Below are positions 55,137 through 64,000 of a DNA stretch of 64,000 bases, piece by piece. The stretch spans positions 30,194,001 through 30,258,000 of the forward strand of contig NC_043000.1 in assembly GCF_006345805.1 (NCBI RefSeq). The letters are read 5' to 3'. The position numbers were made by a program, and so were the translations under genes. Numbering within the stretch: the stretch's first letter is position 1; the number at the start of each line of letters is the position of its first letter. This DNA comes from Octopus sinensis (Eukaryota). The notes beneath the pieces were generated by a model. That model searched no databases, was not told where the DNA came from, and saw only the letters and a list, made by a program, of their open reading frames with translations.

Positions 55137-55161
55137 ATATATATATATATGCATATTCATA

Positions 55162-55201
<40 letters not shown>

Positions 55202-56169
55202 TCATAAATACATATATATATATATATATATGCTTTCGGTGCGAATGGTTTTTTATACGGTGCCGTTTTTACAATCCTGTAAATGATAATTATGGTATAT
55301 TTATGTAAGCTTAAAGTTTATGCCAATCACCGTGCAATGTCTAAAGAAGGCCTTTCTCACCGCGCGGATAGGAAAGCCTTCTTTTTCTGCCGAGGGCTTA
55401 TATACCCCTTTATTAGACTATTTTCTTTAGTCATTGCACATTGATCTCCATGAGATTTAAGCTCTTTTTCTTCATTTGTATTGTTTTTTCTTCATTTGTA
55501 TTGCTTTTACGCCCTGTTGTTGTCACTGATTTTACCCCTCTGCAAAATAATTTTATTTAATTCCTTTTGCAGGAAGGACTGCTTCGACTGTGTTCTGTCC
55601 TTACCTTCGAAACACAATTTGAGTCGAACCAGGGACTGCTGATGAAGGGGAATTTTCCTTGTATTGTTTGTCCTGTACTCTGTTTTTTCGTTGTTTAAAA
55701 AAAGTCTGTTTCTTTGTTTGATTTTATGTTCTCGTCTCTCGTTGTGTTCTACGTTTATTTGTGGTGTCCTGTACTCATATATATATATGCATGTATATAT
55801 ACATGTAGATGTAAGTATGTATGTATATATGCATATATTTTATTTATTATATTACTATATGACCGAACGCACGCGTTATTTCTCTTCTCCAAGTTTTTAT
55901 ATATATATATATAAACGGCGGTGCATCAGCATGGCCGCAGCTCTGAGCTGAAACTAGAAAAAAATGTATATATGTATGTATGTATGTAAGTATATATATA
56001 TATATATATATCGGATATGCAATCTATGCAGGTGTCTTTTCAGATATGTTGTTTTCAGAACAATATCTGGTTTAAAAAGTCACATCAGATGCCATGACGG
56101 TTCTAAGGTATAGGTACAGGAGGTGGTCAATCTTTGCATAAGTAGTAGAAAACCGCTTTCAAATCCATG

Positions 56170-56325
56170 TTGCAGTTCGGCAGAAGAGACCGATAGAATA
56201 AGTACTATGCTTACAAAAAAATAAGTCCAGAAGTCGATTTCTTCGACCAAAACCATTTAAGGCGGTGCTCTAGTATGGATGCTGTCAAATGACTGAAACA
56301 AGTAAAAGTGTAAAAGAATAAAAGA
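56170..56325 (+). mobile_element. SINE group B 3' fragment
   Basis: gagaccgatagaataagtact..aaatgactgaaacaagtaaaag. Confidence 0.8.
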
Positions 56326-56371
56326 TCATGCTTATGCCCTGCCTACGTTCGAGCCTGGGCACCTCTTAAAA

Positions 56372-56672
56372 GGACAGAGTGAGAAAAAAATCAGGTGTTG
56401 AGAAGAGCAGACATTGGAAGCTAGCAGAGCATGGTAACTAAGCATGTTTCAAATATTACAGCAGGGACATGCTGCCTTTGTGATGGTGTGGACGCCGAGA
56501 CGAGGACAGAAGACGAAGGGATGGCCAAGGAAGACGTGGCACAGTAGGTTTCGTGACAGCATGATAGCATTGGGAATTACCAATGCAAGAAGAAATGAGA
56601 CAATCAATCGGGATGTCTGAAGCAGTCTCATCACCCGCAACGTATGCTAGTACTGCAGGATCTAAGAGCTAA
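56372..56672 (+). mobile_element. RTE-clade LINE 3' remnant
   Basis: translation WTPRRGQKTKGWPRKTW..INRDV*SSL resembles the RTE C-terminal GxRxxGRPxxxW..DRxxWR motif. Confidence 0.65.
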
Positions 56673-56693
56673 TGTATGTATGTATACATATAT

Positions 56694-58225
56694 ATAAATC
56701 CTTAAATCCTTAAAAATGTTTTAGCCCGAAGGCCGCGGCCATGCTGGGGCACCACCGCTGAATGAGCTACACTAATATGTGAATCCACCTCTGATACGTG
56801 GCACTTGATCAACAAGGGAGTTCGATGCTGCTGCCCGCATCTGCGTCTCCTGTCGTGAGGTAGGTTCATCTGGGACTCCCGACAAGAAGAGATCCAGTTT
56901 AGTTTTAAAGAAACCCACATCCACACCATGTAAGTCTCTTTAGGCATTTAGGGAGGATGTTAAAGAGCTGTGGTCCTCTGAAACCCAAGCTGTTGCAGTA
57001 TCTGGTTCTGTATTTTGATGGTGATGTTGGAATCTTTGGCACCATGCAGTGGCGCCCCGTTCTGCGGTTGGAGTAACTTTGAATGCCAAAGTTTGGGACA
57101 AAACCCTCCAGGATTTTCCAGATGTATATCACCGCATATCTCTCCCGCCTCCGCTCTAGGGAGAAGAGGTTTAATACGTTCAGTCTTTCCCAGTAGCTGA
57201 TATTTTGCATTGAGACGATCTTCTTTGTGTAGCTTCTCTGAATTGCTTTGAGTTCTGCTGTTAGTTTTATATTGTGTGGTGACCAAAGTTGGGAGCAGTA
57301 GTCCAAGCGGCTGAGGACGAATGTTTTCCAGAGGACCATCAGTGTCTCCTTCTCTCTTGTTCTGAAAGTTCGGAGAATCCATTCAGCTTGCCGTCTGCAT
57401 TTTATCACCAGATTAGTAATATGCACTTGGAAAGATGCATCATTGCTCATGTCAATGCCTAGGTCACGCACTGATTTTGACTCAGGGATTACTATTCTTC
57501 CTGGGCCAGTGTATCCAGTGTGCGCGTCGTTTACCTTTGTGTGCCTCTAGCGCAGGGCCTGGAACTTACCCACATTTGAGCCATTTAGTAGCTGTTTTAA
57601 CACCCAGTCATAGTGTTGCAGGAGCTGTGTTAGGCAGCTTCTAACTGGTCGAAATCCATGCTGGGTGTGAGACAGGAAGTCATTTTCTTCAAGGAACATG
57701 ATTAGTTTCTTGCGCACTATTCGTTCCATGACTTTGCTGATGTGTGAGGTCAGAAAGATAGGCCTATAATTTTTAGCATCTGCTCTGCTACCTCCCTTAT
57801 GGATAGGGCATATTACCCCCTCTTTCAATTTGACTGGGAGATTACCACTAGCAAGGAAGCTCTGAAAAAGAAGCTGTAGCGGCTTTGCAAGGGCTCGTTT
57901 GCACGATTTGAGAAGGATCGCTGGAAACCCATCAGGTCCAGCAGCTGAATTTGTGTCAATCTCATCTATGGCTAGTGTGATATCATCATCTTCAATGTTG
58001 ACGTACTAAAATTTTGCCACTTTGGCCGCAGGTAAAATGGCAAAGAATTCTTCTGGGTTGTTTACTTACCCTGTGTCCCAGAGGTGTAGTGAACACACTT
58101 TGGAATTGTTCGTTTAGTATTTCACTTATCCTCGTGGGATTTCCTGTGAGAGAGCCATCTTTTTGGAAGAGAGGTCCTATTCTCTGGTGCACTGTGACTG
58201 TCTCTTTAGGGTTTGATTTTATATT
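56694..58225 (-). mobile_element. CR1-group LINE, 5'-truncated, RT core deleted
   Basis: AAGPDGFP, PIHKGG..NYRPI, QHGFR..SCLTQL, RDLGI, SRLDYCSQLWSP, SLERRR; tail (taaggatt) x2. Confidence 0.92.
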
Positions 58226-58236
58226 TATATATGTGT

Positions 58237-58302
58237 ACATTTTATGTGTACGTGTGTGCGTTTGATCGCGCGATCAAACGCACACACGTACACATAAAAT
58301 GT
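58237..58302. repeat. Perfect 66-bp palindrome with no spacer
   Basis: acattttatgtgtacgtgtgtgcgtttgatcgc|gcgatcaaacgcacacacgtacacataaaatgt. Confidence 0.97.
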
Positions 58303-58505
58303 TTTCTACCCCTTGATGGATTTCTCGGCAGTGACCAGAATGTAGCGCTTCTTGCCAACTTGCGCCCGTACACATATATAGAACAGTAAACACACACATG
58401 TCTCTAAGTAGATTTTCTCTCGCCCCATATAATACATCTCATATTCTTTAAATAGTCAGAACTTTACTCTCGGTCACAAAGAACATCTACACACCCCGTG
58501 CCCTC

Positions 58506-59073
<568 letters not shown>

Positions 59074-59106
59074 ATATATATAATATATATATATATAATA
59101 TATATA

Positions 59107-59149
<43 letters not shown>

Positions 59150-59388
59150 GTGTATCGTACAACCAGCTGGAGAATGTTTCCTGGGGCTAAATAACAGTAA
59201 CATTCGTCCTAACCAGGAGTATCATTTTATGTTTGCAAATCATTTTTACTTTGGTGTACTGTCACTGAATCTCTCGTTGAGATATTTAGAAATAATATAT
59301 ATTTTCTATTCATTATATCAGTGATGTGGGTCACTTTGAAAATTATATATTTCGAACAGGAATTTCACAGCGCCATCTCTAGCCAAGC

Positions 59389-59445
59389 AGTTATTCTGTG
59401 CTGACGAAGAGAAAAAGCTAGAAACTACGGTATGCAGATATAACT
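59389..59445 (+). ncRNA. Type I hammerhead-like motif with degenerate stem II
   Basis: agttattctgtg-CTGACGA-agagaaaaagcta-GAAA-C-tacg-G-TA-tgcagatataact. Confidence 0.55.
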
Positions 59446-59513
59446 TTGTGCTGAGTGGGGACTTTAAACTCACGTGTCCGAAAATATAAGGATACAGATA
59501 GTGTGCCGTATAG

Positions 59514-59878
59514 AAGCACTCCGTCGGTTATGACGACGAGGGTTCCGGTTGATCCGATCAATGGAACAGCCTGCTCGTGAAATTAACATGTAAGTGGCTG
59601 AGCACTCCACAGACACGTGTACCCTTAACGTAGTTCTCGGGGATATTCAGCGTGACAAGGCCGGCCCTTTGAAACACAGGTACAACAGAAACAGGAAGTA
59701 AGAGTAAGAGAAAGTTGTGGTGAAAGAGTACAGCAGGGATCACCACCATCCCTGCCGGAGCCTCGTGGAGCTTTAGGTGTTTTCGCTCAATAAACACTCA
59801 CAACGCCCGGTCTGGGAATCGAAACCGCGATCCTACGACCGTGAGTCCGCTGGCCTAACCACTGGCCATTGCGCCTCC
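59514..59878 (-). mobile_element. SINE group C, full length
   Basis: perfect 14-bp TSD agtgtgccgtatag at 59500-59513 and 59879-59892. Confidence 0.95.
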
Positions 59879-60159
59879 AGTGTGCCGTATAGCCAGTTGG
59901 AGACGATATTTCCTGGGGCTAAATAACAGTAGCATTTCTCCAAACGAGGACTGCTACATTATGTTGGCAAATAACCTTTACTATATATATATATATATAT
60001 ATATATAGACTATATTAGAGGAAAAACCAGAACCAAGGCAGAACTGGTATCTCAAATCATTTAGAATAATTTAATTAGGATAAGGGTAATTTGATTTCTT
60101 ACAGCCGTTCCGGTGATAATCCAGCGTAGGTAGATCAGAAATGTACTAAACCTCACATA

Positions 60160-60186
60160 TTCTATCTATCTATCTATCTATCTATA

Positions 60187-60230
<44 letters not shown>

Positions 60231-60235
60231 AATCA

Positions 60236-60267
<32 letters not shown>

Positions 60268-60378
60268 GTGTGTGTGTGCATATATATAGTATATATATAT
60301 ATATATAGATATACATACATACATACATATACATATGTATATATATATATATGTGTGTGTGTATTATATGTATATATA

Positions 60379-60430
<52 letters not shown>

Positions 60431-60447
60431 TATGTGTGTATATATAT

Positions 60448-60539
<92 letters not shown>

Positions 60540-60550
60540 GTATATATATT
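60160..60550. repeat. (CTAT)n/(TG)n/(TA)n compound microsatellite
   Basis: direct reading. Confidence 0.95.
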
Positions 60551-61410
60551 TGCATATATCTCTAATAATGCCTCTTTTATTTCCTTTCGGATATCTATTC
60601 ATATGTAATTATTTTTCATATCAGTTACACAGATACACACCCTTAAAGAAACACACATGCACACACACAAGCTTACATACATACGCTCAAATTAGTAGAG
60701 CTGTTATTATCGAATCCTAGAGCCGTGGCCAGCCACAGTTTGGCAGCGGCTGTGTTTAAGCGAAAGCAGTATCGAATTGACTGAAGGCTGCGATATTGAG
60801 GTAGCAGGCATGGAAAAGAATTTAAAGAGCAGGAAAAAGGATGCCTACATCATGAGGCTGGCCAGTTTATATAAATCTTAGAGGGAATTTGCGATCACCC
60901 CGTATATCCATTTCTTGGTATTGTTATGCCAGCACAGCAATGCAAATTTATTGCATGTATCCTTATCGATCGTTACGTACTTTGAATCGACTTACGATAT
61001 TCGTCAATACGAGGATCGATCTAAGCCGTTTCAGAAATGTCGATGGAAAAAAATTCCTTCCCCTTAACTAGACATTCTTCCTCGATACATAGCCAAAGCT
61101 TGATTCAGTCCTGCACCTTAACCGATCTATATGTCGCTACAGGTTTCTTCAAACAATAAAAGTTGCCGTACGCAGCGATATCTATTATTGAGGATCAGAT
61201 ATTGGGTCATATTTTGAAACAGTGGTAAATCAAATAACTTTTTTATTTGTTCTAAGAAGAAAAGAAAAAAAGCAAGTCAGAAATTTAAGCGCGTGTAACA
61301 TAAGTCAATTTATAATTTTGCTGCTGGGGATACGGGTAAAACGTTAGTGTCCATTAGCTTGTTTCATCTTGTAGACTTAGGCAGGTGGAAACTTTAAGTC
61401 GAACAAATAA

Positions 61411-61686
61411 ACGTGGCTAAGTGGTTAAGGTATTACGCTTATGATGGTAAGTTCCTGTGTTCGATACCAGCGGTAGCTGTGTCCTAGAGTCATACGCTTT
61501 ATTTCACGTTGTTTCCAGTTCATTCAGTTGGTAAAAATGAGTCGTTAATGTAATTCAAAGCGGCCAGCCTTGTCCCATTCCGTGCTCTTGAGAACTATGT
61601 TTAGGGTACGCGGGTGTGTGGAGTGTCCGGGTGGTTGCATGTTAATTTCACGAGTACTGGAACACTCGTCGTCGTAACCAACGGAG
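61411..61686 (+). mobile_element. Degenerate tRNA-SINE of the 7270 type
   Basis: ctttatttcacgtt..aaaaatgagt..ctcgtcgtcgtaacc. Confidence 0.75.
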
Positions 61687-61914
61687 ACCCAAGCCGAATG
61701 AATAAGTGCTCAATACAAGATGTATAGCGCGTGGCTGCTTTACTAAAACTGAAACTGAGAATATATCTCGTGACTCCAGTTTGGTGCCATTGAGTTCTTC
61801 ACGCTAAAGACCGCAGGGGTGTAAAATGTCAGTCACGTGACATCTTCTACATTTCAGTTTGTGCGTGAATCTGTGTGTGTGAGTAGATGTGCGCGCTTGT
61901 GTGTTACTCAATAG

Positions 61915-61936
61915 CTGTCTATCTATCTATCTATCA

Positions 61937-61973
<37 letters not shown>

Positions 61974-61977
61974 ACTA

Positions 61978-62008
<31 letters not shown>

Positions 62009-62270
62009 GTCTATCAGTCTGTCTGTCTGTCCGTCTGTGCGTCTGTTTATCTGTCTACCTGTCTATCTGTCTGACTCTATGTATGTATGTATGTATGTAT
62101 CTATCTGTCTGTCTGTCTGTCTATCGGCCTGTCTGTCTATATCAATCTATCTATCTTTCTATCTATCTATCTATCTATCTGTCCGTCCGTCTGTCTGTCT
62201 GTCTATCTATCTATGTATCTATCTATATATCTACCTATCTATCTATATATCTATCTATCTATATACACAT
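61915..62270. repeat. (CTAT)/(CTGT) compound microsatellite
   Basis: direct reading. Confidence 0.95.
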
Positions 62271-62419
62271 ATGTATATGTAACGATAATATATTTCTGTA
62301 TGCTTGGAGCCAGCAAACGATTAAGAGTGGAGTTGATTATAATCTAAGGAAGAAAATATGGGATGTTACAACTACAAACAACGCAAGAGTTATTCACACA
62401 GCAATAAAGAGATAAGGAG

Positions 62420-62798
62420 TTCTTCACTACCACGGATCACATGGTTCAGGTTCAGTCCCACTGCGTGGCACCTTGGGCAAGTGTCTTCTACTATAGCCTC
62501 GGGCCGACCAAAGCCTTGTGAGTGGATTTGTTTGACGAAAACTAAAAGAAGCCCGTCGTATATATGTATATATATGTGTGTGTATATGTTTGTGTATCTG
62601 TGTTTGTCTCCCCAACATCGCCTGACAACGATGCTGGTGTGTTTACGTCTCCGTAACTTAGCGGTTTGGCTAAAGAGACCGATAGTATAAGTACTAGGCT
62701 TACAAAGAATAAGTCCTGGGGTCGGTTTGCTCGACTAAAGGCGGTGCTCCAGCATGCCCACAGTCAAATGACTGAAACAAGTAAAAGAGTAAAAGAGT
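62420..62798 (+). mobile_element. SINE group B
   Basis: match to consensus. Confidence 0.9.
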
Positions 62799-62802
62799 AT
62801 AT

Positions 62803-62847
<45 letters not shown>

Positions 62848-64000
62848 CGCACACATATTCAATCACACATATACGCAGGAAGAAGTGGGTGATACAGACA
62901 GAATTATGGATACATACATACATATATATATACATACATGCATGAATTCCTACATGCATGCATACATACATACATAGATACACACATGTGCACATATGCA
63001 CTAAGTAAAATTATTTTGTAGCGCATTATGTAAAATATAATTCCATTTGCAATCATGTTTTCCTGTTGACAAAGCATTAATCCTCAGTCGGGAATAGAAA
63101 CATGGGAGATAGTAATGTTGAATTTTCTAAGGATTTAGCAGAAACGAAGTGAAAATTCAATAATCGATAATTGAACAATTTTCAAATCATCAAAGGCTGT
63201 ACACGCCCAATTACCATATCAACTGAATCAGCTTACTCCGTCGATTTTATTAAGCATTTGTGAAATAGTATCTGTATTTTTTTAAAATCGTCCTCGTATG
63301 ATTAGGAACAGTTTTTACGTGAGCAAAGTCTTTTGGGATATAATTGTAACAAAATATATATTACCTGCTTTTACACCTAAATCACACAAATAGTTTTCAC
63401 AATGCAGCTGTCTCCCTGTCTCATCCAAAATAATCTATTGGTGCTGTTCTTGTTATGGTTATTTTTATTGGTGTTATATTATTATCGTTGTTACTCTTAT
63501 GATTGTTATTATTTGTCTAATTTGTTATTGGCGATTGAACATCAATAATTAATCTGATTCTGTGCCTCGTGAGGACTGATTCCAACATCTAAGTCTTGCC
63601 ACATTAATTAGATGGTTATTCTCAGTACAGATAATCGTTAATGTGTTTCTTCACAGCCATTTTTCAACGGAATTCTTCATTTCTTATTCACGTCGTTGCG
63701 TCTCTTCTGTAAACGGACGTCTTCCTCCCACACTTATTTCATCACCAACTTTTACATCGCTTTACACATCTCTTTTTCTGTTCCATTAAAGCTAATTTAC
63801 TGCTTTTTCTCAAACCATTCGCAGTCACATTCGATTTCTTACAAATACCAATCATTGAAAATACCGAAATGAGTTTCATTCTGTAGAATCACCATGTTTA
63901 CAAATATTATGATTAGAATTATTTGTCTTCTTTTACATCGTTGATTCTTATTTCGGTTTTAAACATTGGCACAGCAAACGTGGTTTATCTACACGGTTTA

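Noticed and set aside
55570-55900. CTGATGAAGGGG within a T-rich, Penelope-terminus-like segment
   Set aside because: No downstream GAAA or stem III, so no complete fold.

Overview
AT-rich, microsatellite-saturated eukaryotic non-coding DNA. The SINE families and the (TA)/(CATA)/(GATA)/(TAA) load resemble an octopus genome; this is inference from pattern recognition. No intact host CDS is recognisable, and most ORFs in the track are microsatellite translations. The window holds three abundant tRNA-derived SINE groups (called A, B, C here) and a nest of 5'-truncated R4/Dong-type REL-endonuclease retrotransposons at microsatellites (17.5-24.5 kb, 32.6 kb). It also holds a Penelope-like RT pseudogene, CR1 and RTE remnants, an internally deleted mariner, and Tc2/Tigger/piggyBac-like MITEs. 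The most striking signal is at least five sequence-unrelated short non-coding elements, each carrying a type I hammerhead ribozyme fold (about 11.7, 44.4, 51.6, 53.5/58.7 and 59.4 kb). They occur with partial tandem or inverted duplications and mostly sit in microsatellites, consistent with Penelope pseudo-LTRs or non-LTR retrozymes. All folds and alignments were done by eye, and element boundaries are approximate unless a TSD or TIR is given.
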